The translations under genes and the position numbers were made by a program. Below the pieces are notes generated by a model. The model was not told the origin of the DNA. It did not search any database and worked only from the letters and a program-made list of their open reading frames with translations. A DNA stretch of 64,000 bases from Phoronis australis (lineage: Eukaryota > Animalia > Phoronida): NCBI GenBank assembly GCA_002633005.1, contig NMRA01000326.1:233215-297214 (forward strand), read 5' to 3'. Of the stretch, positions 41,226-53,065 are shown in pieces (position 1 is the first letter of the stretch; the number at the start of each line of letters is the position of its first letter).

Positions 41226-41464
41226 ATGTCGAAAGGAGTCAAGACATCTGGCGGCGTCTGGGCGACCAACGTGTTCAACAGTGGGCAACATGACAACACG
41301 CTGTACCGTCAACATGTGGAAGCAAAACAAGATATCACGGCGGATATTGATCAGCCAAACACAGGGCTGTCTATTGTTAAAGACGGAATACAAAAGTACG
41401 CAGAAGACAGTTCGCTACACGGTGTGCAGTATTTTGGGGGAGCAAAATATAACCCAGTACGAAG
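41226..41464 (+). CDS. DEG/ENaC channel coding exon 1 (N-terminus with HG motif)
   Basis: ATG at 41226; ...YAEDSSLHGVQYFGG...NPVR; donor AG|GTATGT. Confidence 0.9.
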
Positions 41465-44400
41465 GTATGTCAACCTACCGACCGGAAGTTGAAGGCATAA
41501 TAAATTTAGCATGCCATCACATGATGGCTGATGACCGGATGTGCGCAATAAAGTAGTCACTTTTGAAACAGGGAGGCCTCGACGGAAGTCCACACAACTA
41601 TTATTTGTTATTACAAACTGTAGGACATTTAATTTCAGAGTACTTACACATCTGAAACCCGTTTTTCAAAAGGTAGCATGTCTGCTAGTAGCCCACGGTT
41701 GTAACTTCGATTTTGATTTGTACACAGATCGTTAACATGGCTTGGTCGAGAAGGCGGGCGTTGAGACTGGATACATTTGCTTTGTTAAGACGGACACGTA
41801 CATGTACACTAAAGCGCAAGTTACCCCCGTTACAACGTGCGCCAGTTTAAGTGACTAGCAGACTAGCTTATACATGTAGATAAAATTTAAACTACACCGA
41901 GGTTGCTCAACATTTTGCGCAATCTACCTACCTCACTTCAAGGGCATATGTGGATAGCAAACTGAGAGATAATTGTTTATATCTAGTTTCTTGCAAACCA
42001 AGCAAGGTATCGCAAAATCACACAGCTGAAAATGTGCGTTTCGCGAGTATACCTGAAGCTCAGTCTATCCCAACATTAAACCTAGACGCAAGATTTAAAT
42101 GAGTATTTTTGTCTTGTGCTCCATACAACAATTTACAAGCGCATTTTTTCGTGCCATTTCAGACAAGTACGTAGTGTTTCAACACTTTCCTGGTCTTGTT
42201 AATGGGATAATTCCTTGTACAAGTTATCTCTATTCTGTACAGCATGCCAAGCAATTATGTGGCAGAAGCGTTACTCAGTTAACGCGGAGTGGAAATGAAT
42301 GACACTATTTCTGGCCTAAACTACTAAAACTGCTACGACGAGCAAAATTAAAGTTTTGCCATTTGGTAAAATACTGACGGCATTTTAAATACAATTTAAC
42401 ACTGATTAAAGTTTAGTTAAGCCATTTCCAAAACACAAGGAAAATTCTTCACGTGACCTTTTACTACGTCACATGCAGACAATGTTTCAGCTGGTAAAGG
42501 GTTACTATAACAATGGTTCTTCGCTAGAAGACGGCGATCCCTCTGAATGCCGTCAATCGGGTCTGTGTTTTTTTGTTATTAGAACCTTTCAAAAAGTAGA
42601 TGTTTCATCCACATACGGTGAATAATCATCCAAAACGTTCTCACTCCCGCTGTCAGATTCTTTCTAACACTGAGAAAATAATGAAGTATTGGCGGAATAA
42701 ATCTCTTTTATTCCATCCTCTTGTTTACGTTACAAAACTACGTTTGAAAATCTATCTGATCAATATACCGCCGGATTATTTATGATATAGTTTCACTCAC
42801 CAGTTTAAGTTATTGTTAACGATCACTAGTGAAGAGTGTGCAAGTAGGACTTGAAGTCTTTTAAGACTTAGAAGTCGTTATCCACAAGACGATCCCCATA
42901 TGTAAGGATGATGTATAGCATTGTAGTAAAACTGCATATTTCAGATTAATATGGTTCCTGATGTTTGTTGGAAGTTTCACATTCCTCGTTATCAATGTAA
43001 GTGACGCTTATCAAACTCTAATGAGGAAACCCGTGCAGACAAAGCTAAGTGTCGAATACACGAAAACTGCCAGATTTCCGACAGTTACCCTCTGCAACTT
43101 CAACAAATTCCGCGGCATCTATGTATGGACACAACCTGCCTTGATGGAAATTCTGCGCTACCTTTATCCGTTATCGGAAGAGGATCGAAAGTTGCAGCTT
43201 AACTGGGAGGACCCTAAATATGCTCCTTTCATAAACGGTTCGACCTATTTGGATTTCGCCAAAATAGCCGGCCACCAGCTTCGTGATTCAATTTACTTTG
43301 CTAGGTTCAAAGGCATGAATCTTGACATTCAGAAGGAATTCAAGCAGGTCGTCACGGATTTTGGGCTTTGTTTTCAATTCAATTCGAACGGCACGTGGAA
43401 CACATCCCGGAGCGGCACTAACAATGGTCTGTGGATTCAAATGAATGCTGAGCATTATATGTACTTTTATGGAGACTCTAACTCGGCCGGGTTTAAGGTG
43501 AGTAATGGCAGATTAGTTACGGTCTTACACACACCTAGTTTGGTGAAGGTGAAATTACAAACTGTAGTGCGGAATCGAGTATGTGGCAATGGACCTTTCC
43601 CTTAAACTACTCACCATGTTTGTGTTTATGTGCGCGCGTGCGCGTGTGTTCGCGTGCGTGTGACTGTGTATGTGCCAACAATACCCGGTTTTAAAGATTA
43701 CGGAAATAACCGAATCTTAGGGAGCGCCACAATGTAGTCACGTGATCAAGGGAGAATGTCACCAAAAACAACGTATTTTGTTTCAATTTAGATCGAGTAG
43801 GTCCACTCGATAATAGCAAGTTTGGTTCTTTTACCTGACACCAGACGGCAGACGAGGTGCTGAAAATAGCGAATGACGTCACAAGTTCTACCAGAGTCTG
43901 TTCAGCAGTTCACAACAGGCTTACCCTGGGGTCAGCTTATCGCTTTACTTCATCACTTTACACCAATAAGTCATCAAAATTGGATGCCAAATCTTTACAA
44001 AAAATTCAGTTTTTAAACAAACGAGTTTTTTATTTCGTTGTTACTGATTTATAGAAAGTTTGAACGTACCGTAGCATACGAAGTCAGGCGTGGGAAGTTT
44101 GGATCTGTTCGGTGATAAATTAGAATTATTCTTCAGTGAAATACAGGTAGGAGAGCATAGCCGTGTGTCCTAATTTTACACTTGCCACTTGTTCCAGTTC
44201 TAAACACAAAAAACGCTTGTTGTAACCCACTGGCTCGGAACCTGATTGAGCACGTCATCGGCAGCCAGAGTGGAGACATCACGAACATAGACCAGCGGGG
44301 TTAGTCGGCTACCAAAATTGAAAATTGAACTTCCAGTCACTAAAATACTACACTAGTGAACCAAAGAAATTACGCGCACGTGAATACAAAAAAACGCCGC

Positions 44401-44502
44401 AAAATTGCAAATCTACTTACTCGTCGGGGGCCGCGAAGCCAGGTTCCCCTTCCAAAGAACCGTGTAGGACAAAGTTGTACAATGACAATGATTCGAATAA
44501 TG

Positions 44503-44560
<58 letters not shown>

Positions 44561-47500
44561 ATTAAATAAAGATTCCCTAACGTCTGACCATAGAATATAA
44601 AATCGAGTTATTGTTTCACAACAGCTTTCTGTCAGCAAACACTTAATTTGTATGCGCTCACACGACATTGGATGCTCGGCCAAATAATATTGTCAAAGTT
44701 ATTCCATCTGAAGCCGGTAACGCAGTATGATTTACATGTTTTTATTGTTGGTTTCTCAAAACATTTACACCCACCAACACTCCAAAGGCATTGCAAATTG
44801 TATGCACTGAGACAGTCTTTCGAGACACTTTGTTTCAGTTTTACTAAACATTGATTAGGGTGAGAATAACTCATTTTAAATCAAAACAATGCCGGACACA
44901 GACACGGAGATATTTCACGGCCTCATACTTGGTATGAACGGCGTGCCTTTTATTCTTTACTTCCTCGAACTGACTACTTCCGAAGCATTTCGGCTTCGCG
45001 ACACACACTCAGCTGAAGAATCACGGACTCCGCCGCGTCGTGTACATGTACTCACCTTCCTGACAGGTTAACGTGACACCTCTCCGCGAGGTGAGATCGA
45101 CCGCATGCAGTGCGAGGTGATGTGGATATAGACCGATTAAGACGGTAACAAAAATGAAATTAATCGGGTGGCATTCTCCTTCAATTCGCTATTTTTCATG
45201 TCACATAAAAGAGATAATTTGGTCTGTTTAGATAAGCAACCCAACTCAAATTTTGTGTATGTTTACCTTGTACTCTGGATAGAAGACGAGCTTCAAAACA
45301 CCTCATCGAACAATATTTTACATCTGCATTAATGTTTCTAGTAAATGCTAATTTCATGGTTATAACTTCTGACAGATCGCAGTATACACAGTAGGTAGCA
45401 GTTATCACTCACGGCCAATATTGCATCAGATGACCAGGTTATGTGTAGAAACCTATGAAAGCATTAAATTTCACTTGCGGTGACCGGCAGCCCATGTTAC
45501 ACCTATGCTGAACAATATTGGCCGTCCGTTTCTCGAATAGTCGACAGGAAGAAACGTAGAGTGCGTTTGTCATTTAGTTTTTGGTGCTGACGGTCATTTC
45601 CAAGGACTGCTTCCCCACAAATTGTCTTTTTAAGACTTTGCAACTCATAATTACACCGCCATTAGAAGTACACTCCGAAATGATTCTCATATTTGCTTTT
45701 GTAACAGTGTGTTCTTGACACTTTGAAGGTGGCTTTGCACAACTTCGACGAAGAACCACTTGTCAACGAACTGGGTTTCGCCATCAGTCCTGGACAAGAA
45801 TCATTTGTTTCAGCACAGATAAAAGAGGTTTGTGAAGCCTACGAAAAATGAGCGCAAATTCAAACCTTTCCTTCGAAATGTTTCGAGTTTCGTTGTGTTC
45901 ACTGCCCGTTATTATTTACGGCGGCATGCTGCGACGAGTTAAAGTAAATTCACAGTGTCAACGGTAATAAAGTAAGCATTTCATTACCCGACTCACTAAT
46001 TGCTAAACAATAGGGCTAGTCACTTCAGTCTCCAGCAGCCGATTTCATAAAGGCAGTTTAACAAAACCAGGTTTAAGATTTAAACCTGGTCTTTCTAAAC
46101 CTGGTCTAATTTTAGACCTAACTTGCATTTCACCAACATGGTTTAAAAGTTTGAAAATCTGGTTTTCTTAGACCATATACCTGGTTTAGTAAAACCAGGT
46201 TTAAAGTATCCAAGCCACCCTACTGTGTTGATCCGGATTAACACATCAAAGAAACTATAGAAGTACTTCAATGAAACCTTGATCACGTGGGTACACCATG
46301 GCACACAGCAGTAGAATCAGTGCAGAAATTTGCGAGAAAGAGCTAAAAGCTTTTCTCACGAGGATAAATGTTCCCTTCGATAACTGATCAGAGAAAAAGC
46401 CAATGTCATAGTCGAGAACAAGAAAATTTGCCAAAGAGGGGGGGCACAGGGGCGGATCCAGGATTTTTAGTTTTGGGGGGCCAGGACAGACTATTAACCA
46501 AGATTTTACCCGTCAGACATTCGCACCCCCGAACTGCCAAATGCAATCTGGGATAATTTTAGGGGGCATGGCCCCCAACTAAATCCGCCACTCGGGCAGG
46601 ACCCCAACCCGGCAACCTTAAATCCGGGACCAATTGTGATGGAACTCGGTCAGAATAATCCTTAGATGCCTTTTTAGTCATACGCGTAGCGCTTGCGACG
46701 ATGACACTGTGCTCGAACCGTCATATTCTGAGGAATCCAAAGGATACTCTTCAGTACGTAATGGTCTAAATGTACGTATACTTGGGCGGATCCACGGGGT
46801 CCCGTCCCCCTTTTTCCTTTTTAGTGATATCATATATGTAATTTTCAAATTGTTGACGCAGACCCTCTTTTTAAAAATCCTTGATCCGACCCCTCCCCTT
46901 TAAAAATTCTTGGTCTCCCCTGTTACGTTTGATCGTGTGTCGTCCTAAAACTGAACATTGGAAATAGTCCGTTCCCCCTCTAAAACTGCGTCATAAATGC
47001 AAACCACAGCATCATCCAGTTGCACCAAAATCGCACACGTCTGCCATATTTAACAGTATTAAACCTGAGTCTGATCAAGTCAAAAGTTAAACCTGGTTTA
47101 AGACCTTAATACAGGTCTGAGTAATATATACCTCGTTGGTGCAATGAAAACTGACTTAGACCAGGTTTAAACTGGGGTTAAACCAGGTTTTACTATACCA
47201 CTGCTCTAGAAGTTAAACTACCTTTATGAAATGCAGATTATCTTTAAACCATGTCTAACTCCAGTTTAAACCAATTTAACTTAAACCACCTTTATGAAAT
47301 CGGCTGCAGAAATCCAACCATTTACCTGTTATTTGTGATTCGAGCTCAAATGCTCCCAAAATCTGTTTTTTCCGGCACACAGATATTCCAGATTTCGACT
47401 AAAACCAACGAAAGTTTACCCTTTATTTCGGTTTTTGGTAAAGCTTACAAGCTCACTTTGTCATACAGCTAGTGCCCACGACAGCTGTTAACTTTGCCAT

Positions 47501-50500
47501 TGCTTTTGTATCACAAATCACACTATTCGCTTTGAAAGCACCCGTGTTCCTCGTAAAATCGGGATCCTCAATGGTTGGCTAGTGAAAACACTTTAAGTGG
47601 ATATAATAATTCTGCGTTCCATCAAACTGGTTTCTACTTGTTCCTTACTCAGATGAAAAGTGATTTATTTATTTTTCAAAGAACTGACAGTTCGCAGTCA
47701 GAGGTACTATAGAATAGTACGCACGAGAATCGCATCTTACACGCGAACCACATAAGAACATGTGAATCATGCATTTGAACCCATAAAACATGCATACGAA
47801 CCCAAAAATAACGTATAACAGGAGCAAAAATCATGCCCGCGAACCACAAAAATCATAGATATGAACACAAAATCATACATATCAAACATTAAACAAGTGG
47901 TTCATGCGTACATGTATGATTCTACGGTACCTCTGTCACTGCTCGAGACCGTGCTCAGCAAATAAAATGACGCAACGTGACACGTCAAATAGTCTCCGAC
48001 ATTATGACGAACAGTTAGTTCTTCCACTCCCAGAAAGCATACATATTTTGATCATGGAAGAACTTGAGGTTATTGTTATATCGGTAAGCTGTCTGTAACT
48101 TTTTCAAAAGCGCGCCAGTTCCAAGATCATAATAAGCCAGCCGCACTTCCCTAGATTAAGTTATATTATTAGAATTTTAAGATAAGCTCTATTAATATGA
48201 ACAATCTAAGACAAGAAATGTTAAGTAAATTGCCGTCATAAGTCACACCTCATGTCTGCCCTTGGGTTTGCCTATTGTTTAGTATGACGTCACTGCGAAA
48301 TTTTATGTCGCGCTCTATTAATCGCCAAAACAACAAAAGCTCAACATTTGTCAAATCATACAATGTCTTGTTTGAAATAAGATTGTGCAAATGTTAGTCA
48401 ATGTCTAAAAATAACGTCTATTTCACGTTTTTTTTTTGCCAGCTGTGACAAACTATTTCCAAAACAATTTTTTTGGATTAAAAGTTTAACTCCTAGAACG
48501 AGGTTTAGCAGCAGCTCACTGTCGGCGTTATTGCCGGGACATCTTGACACACGTGACAGCTTACCAGATCCTACTGAGGTAGGGTAACTTGTTCAAAGAT
48601 AACTTGCCCCAGCTCAAGTCGCAGCGTGGACGCAGACATGCAGACAAGGCGGAAGTCATTTTTACAACTTGACCAATTTGATTACCGTAAGAGGCCAGAA
48701 TCGAAAGACGTTTTGAGAGAAAGCATGGGGTTACTGACATTTTTTAACGGCGTTGGTTTACGACGTATATAAAATCAATTGAATGACGTAAGAACTATAT
48801 TGTCTCAGTAATCAGTACTGAAACAAAGATAACGAAAACATACTTAACAAGACTAAACACACACTAAAGGTTAGACGTCACAATAATAAGTGATCGGAAT
48901 TAGCAATCATTTGTTGAAAAATCAACACATGAAAACTTTAAGGTTATATAGTACTCTAGAAACATGCTTAAAGTTGCCTAACTTTAAAAAGCGATATCTC
49001 AGAAATGCCAGGCTTTAGCAACAGTTCTCCAAAACATTCCCAGAAATTGTTTTTAAAAATGTTCCACTTTTACAAGAAGGGTCTATCAAAATAAGACTCG
49101 TATGATTTTACGGAAATATTAAAGTTCTATGAAACGAAAATGAAACGATAATTTTCAAAACTGTAGCAGCTCTCTTGTCTACATCAATGAAATTTGGCCT
49201 TTGTTACTGATGAAGTTGTTGAAAGTGCCAATACCTTTTTCCTTAAATGTTACTAGAAAGACATGGTCACGTGTCCCAATTAATGACCTATTACCATTAA
49301 GTCAAAAACAAATTCTAAATTCACTCTACTTTCAGGAACATACTACTTTATTGAGTTTAAATGCAGAGACTTTTCGTTGAAGTTGATCAGGATTACACAA
49401 TGTCTACACTGTGGTTATGTATAATATAGTGAATTTCAACAATTCTTGACGCTGTGTGTGTCTATATGATGGCGTTAAGATATATACTAACGTAGACATT
49501 ATAATATGGAATCACTAACAATTTCAGATCAAGTCTCTACCTCCGCCGTATGAGGGCGGTAAATGCAAAAACACCACCAAGGAAAACTTCGTAAATCATC
49601 TGGCGTATTATGAAACCTATAGCATGACTGGGTGTAGAAGAGAATGTCGTACCAACTACACAGTTAAGAGATGTGGCTGTAAATACATATACGATCCAGG
49701 TAAGCCAAACCATCAAAACCCGTTTTGAGTGTATATGCTCAGATTAAACGCTGTGAGTCAACGTAGGACTTAGCTGCTGGGCAAGGCATGATACAGACAC
49801 ATCACTGCCGGAAGAGGCATGGTATACATGTAGATACTGGTGGGCGGGCGTGATATAGATATATTACTGTTGGTTCACGGGAGATGTCCGCAGCCGCGGA
49901 AAGCTCATAAACACGGAATACTTAAAATATGTAATACACCGAAAGGATACTTAAACGATTGTTTAACATTTCACATTAAATTTAACTCGAGCAGTATTTC
50001 TCCATAAGGGTGACCAGTGTTTGTTCGAAAACCGTGTTCTATTACCATACAGAAGAGGGTTCACTAAATTAAAGACTAAGCTAACAAGCGATTTTCAGTG
50101 ATATGCTTAGAGCATGGCCAAAACAATTACAATATGTTCATTATTGAGCATTCACCAATTGAATAGATCTATAATCCTCCGCACTGTCTACTTTTTTGCA
50201 GGTCCAGCTCGTGTATGTGATGCCCCAGAAATGGGCTGTTATCGGCAGGCTGATGGTGAGTTAAGTGTATATTGAGATTTTGCACTCAGTTTTGCTATGT
50301 TGTAACGGGTTTATCGTAGATATGAAGTAATGTCTTCTTAAAAAATACGTGGCTGTTGTATTTTAGGAGAATTTTGAATGAAGACGTTTTGTTTTTCTTT
50401 GTATCATTTTCAGGACGAAATTATGAGTAACCTTAACGAAATGTCAAAATTTGGCTAAATTCGTATCATCAATCACAAAAATGGCTGGTCGGAATTCAGA

Positions 50501-52228
50501 GAAACTTCCATGTATCCCGTTTTGTGCTACCGTTCATTGCGCTCCAGTAACCTGGTAGGTCCACGGCAAAACAGTTCAGAAATATCGGACGACAAAAGAC
50601 TTTGTTACTTGGCACCATGACCACTGGAGAGCAAACTGAGTGACAAAAAAGGTTGCCAATTTGCTCGATTTACTTAAATGTCTCTCTTTATTTTATGTGT
50701 ATAACGACACTTCTAAATTTACATGTTTTATTCAACCGGTGCCGTGATCTGAGCACACGATGACATAGCGCAGTTGGAGCATTAGACTTGTGTACTGCGC
50801 AACTGTTTTGCTATGCTGTTAAGCATTGACTCATTGTGTCACCAAGCGGTTGCAGTGTTTCGAGGTGGACAACCTTTCCCAGCAACCAACAATTTCCTGG
50901 CCCAAAGCGTTAATAATGCTCGTCAATTTAACGGCTATCTGATGCTGCACGCGTGATTAAAGAGCAAAGCAACATTTTAAAGTTCTTTTTACTAAACTAA
51001 TACATCTTTGGTTGTCTTAGGAAGACGTGAAGAGGAAGCAATGTGCACAGTGTAGTATTTTTGTAAATTTGTTTTTAGGCGAGTACACTCAAGACGAATC
51101 AATCGAGGATGATTGTGATTGCTTCGTTCCATGTCACGAAATACAGTATGAACACCGTCTCTCCACTTCTATGTATCCCGGCAATCACATAATATATGGT
51201 TTGCAGGCACAGTATAACGTGACGAAAGAGATCGCTAGGTAACACTAACACGTTGGACTTAACGGTCAGTTATTGCACACATACCTACACCAAACTTCTA
51301 TTCGCTGAAAAACCAAAATACTGCTGTAATGCTTATGTTAACTGTCAACCGTGGTCTCCATTTTCTTTGGCACAACTCCTGAAACACGGAAACGAATTGT
51401 TAAGATTTAAAAACTGTGTACATATGAATAAAATTTAGTTTACTTTGCAAGTTAACTGATGGAAAACATTATCTGAGGATTTTGACTTGAATCGGAAACA
51501 GAATCTTAAGCAAAATTACATTTGCTGTTAAAATTAATGTCTACAAGTGGTACAATTTGATGTAGCGAAAACTTATTGGACTAATAATAATGACAACGAC
51601 GACGACAACAATTTAATAATAATGGTAGTAATATTAATAATTTCAGATGGTTTTAATTTCAGGGAGAACTTTCTCGAACTTCGCATATTTTTTGAAAAGC
51701 TTAACTATGACCTTGTCGAGCAGGTACCAAGCTACGACGCCATGAACTTCTTCAGTAAGTTGTGTGTTCATCCTGTAACGTAATGTAACTTAACGTAACG
51801 TAACGTAACGTAGCGCAACACGACGTAACGTAACGCAACGGCACAGTTTACCAGGGATTTCTGAGTGTCACACACCTGTTCGCATTTTCCAACCCTAATT
51901 AATGCATTTATTTATAATACGCTAGTCAGTACAAATTTCTGGGTGGACAGTTCCTTCGAAAACAGATTACCGTTACTGTTACCTCAGTGCAATGAAGATC
52001 ACGGAGCGACCGTATGACATGCACAGGTTGTGAAAAAGCACTGCCAAGCTTCTGTTTTACATTTCAGCCGATTTAGGAGGAAATCTAGGACTGTGTATCG
52101 GAGCAAGTCTGCTCACTGCCGCGGAACTTCTAGAGCACATTGGTATCACTTTCTTTCAAGTGCTCCAAAAGTTTATAGGTCGCAAACAGACGCACCCAAA
52201 GAAGATTCAAAGAGAAGGTGTATTTTGA
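41226..52228 (+). CDS. DEG/ENaC family ion channel (ASIC/BASIC-like), 8 coding exons, 509 aa: join(41226..41464,42945..43497,45729..45827,49528..49699,50202..50255,51079..51238,51663..51754,52068..52228)
   Basis: All introns are GT-AG with matching phases (2,0,0,1,1,2,1); the joined CDS is 1530 nt with no internal stop. Family motifs: pre-TM1 SSLHG, TM1 (LIWFLMFVGSFTFLVI), FPTVTLCNFNKFR, GLCFQFN, SAGFK-VALH, ELGFAISPG, LPPPY, ten thumb cysteines, FFEKLNY, and TM2 DLGGNLGLCIGASLLT with the GAS filter. Confidence 0.95.
42945..43497 (+). CDS. DEG/ENaC channel coding exon 2 (TM1, palm, finger)
   Basis: Acceptor tttcag|A TTA ATA TGG; FPTVTLCNFNKFR; donor AAG|GTGAGT. Confidence 0.95.
43750..45180 (-). 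mobile_element. Kolobok-type family A, copy 3, in intron 2 of the channel gene
   Basis: Homologous to 16558 and 27856; TCAA on both sides; contains (CA)n. Confidence 0.85.
44505..44558. repeat. (CA)n microsatellite
   Basis: Perfect CA run, about 26 units. Confidence 0.97.
45729..45827 (+). CDS. DEG/ENaC channel coding exon 3 (VALHNFDEEPLVNELGFAISPGQESFVSAQIKE)
   Basis: Not in the ORF track; translation matches the ASIC VQIH..EPP..QLGFGVAPG block; donor GAG|GTTTGT. Confidence 0.9.
46036..47306 (+). mobile_element. Harbinger non-autonomous derivative with a Myb/SANT remnant, in intron 3
   Basis: TIR CAGCCGATTTCATAAAGG; CAG TSD; AAACCAGGTTT sub-terminal repeats; 46333-46430 reads RERAKSFSHEDKCSLR*LIREKANVIVENKK (Myb_DNA-bind_5-like). 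Confidence 0.8.
46447..46593. mobile_element. hAT5-like MITE (short subfamily), nested in the Harbinger derivative
   Basis: TSD GGGCA on both sides; reverse orientation relative to 11026. Confidence 0.85.
49528..49699 (+). CDS. DEG/ENaC channel coding exon 4 (IKSLPPPYEGGKC...YSMTGCRRECRTNYTVKRCGCKYIYDP)
   Basis: tttcag acceptor, G|GTAAGC donor; thumb cysteine pattern. Confidence 0.95.
50202..50255 (+). CDS. DEG/ENaC channel coding exon 5 (GPARVCDAPEMGCYRQAD)
   Basis: ttttttgcag acceptor, G|GTGAGT donor; two thumb cysteines. Confidence 0.9.
51079..51238 (+). CDS. DEG/ENaC channel coding exon 6 (EYTQDESIEDDCDCFVPCHEIQYEHRLSTSMYPG...)
   Basis: tttttag acceptor, AG|GTAACA donor; CxCxxPC motif. 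Confidence 0.93.
51663..51754 (+). CDS. DEG/ENaC channel coding exon 7 (ENFLELRIFFEKLNYDLVEQVPSYDAMNFF)
   Basis: tttcag acceptor, A|GTAAGT donor; beta11-12 LNY motif. Confidence 0.93.
51776..51840. repeat. (TAACG)n microsatellite in intron 7
   Basis: Imperfect pentamer run. Confidence 0.85.
52068..52228 (+). CDS. DEG/ENaC channel coding exon 8 (TM2, GAS filter, C-tail ending EGVF*)
   Basis: atttcag acceptor; DLGGNLGLCIGASLLTAAELLE; TGA at 52226-52228. Confidence 0.93.
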
Positions 52229-52297
52229 GCAAACCATCACTTGTTGGAATGGCATAGTGAAGGATAGAACCAAATTTGCGCCACGTTTCCCTGCCCA

Positions 52298-52303
52298 AAT
52301 AAA
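52298..52303 (+). terminator. Candidate polyadenylation signal (AATAAA) of the channel gene
   Basis: First AATAAA, ~70 nt after the stop codon; others occur further downstream, so usage is unknown. Confidence 0.35.
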
Positions 52304-52859
52304 ACATCGCAAGCTTTTACTTTACGTTTTGATCTACAAATACTGAACTGTTATCGTCAAAATATGATTCAAAGCAAAAGCCTTTTTAAAAGCCTTTATG
52401 AACTCAGCGGTGATTACATTACCAGCGTGCCTTCGGACAAGACATGCTCTATCGAAATTCAAATGGTGATGGTGGATGAGTCATAGCAGAGAATGAGGGA
52501 CATCTTTTGCAATATTCATATGTAAGCATGCGTGTGTCAATGAATAACGTTACGGGCGCTTGAGATTCCTTTATCACAGACATTCGCAACAACCTGAAAG
52601 CATATGCGTATGGACCCTCGGGACCCCCTCTGGACCCGCGAGTGTGACAATCGTCACTTGTATAGCAAGGAAACTGTCTGCGTGTACTGTTGAAACAGAA
52701 TTTTCACTGTTAAAAAATTTCATATATCCACACTGAGTATCTCTGTCGAATTGATGCGACTGGAATAGGGCAAACAGATAATAGCATTCTTAAATCTAAT
52801 GGCTTGTTTGAGTTTGACGCATGATACAACTGTCTTCAGTCCTTGCTGTCCGAATCATA

Positions 52860-53065
52860 TACGTGTGTATGGACCAGATAAAAATTAATATGAGGAATAC
52901 GTATACATGTATATGTTGACCAAATTTACATGTATGTGTGGACCAAATGTACAAGTACTGTACATGGGGACCAGATAAACATGTTTGTGTAGATTAGGTA
53001 CACATGTGTGCGTAGGCCAGGTACACATGTATACGTGGACCAGATACACATGTATATATGGTACA
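52860..53065. repeat. Degenerate ~22-bp minisatellite (TACATGTATGTGTGGACCAGAT-like)
   Basis: Recurring ACATGT...GACCA(G/A)AT. Confidence 0.6.

Noticed and set aside
43498-43605. C-terminal extension of the 214-aa ORF (VSNGRLVTV...)
   Set aside because: Read-through into intron 2 past the AAG|GTGAGT donor; channel homology resumes at 45729.
44325-44683. ORFs with HTHT/VCVC runs
   Set aside because: Translations of the (CA)n microsatellite inside a Kolobok copy.
52217-52228. C-terminal EGVF as a PDZ-binding motif
   Set aside because: Gly at position -2 fits none of the canonical class I-III patterns.
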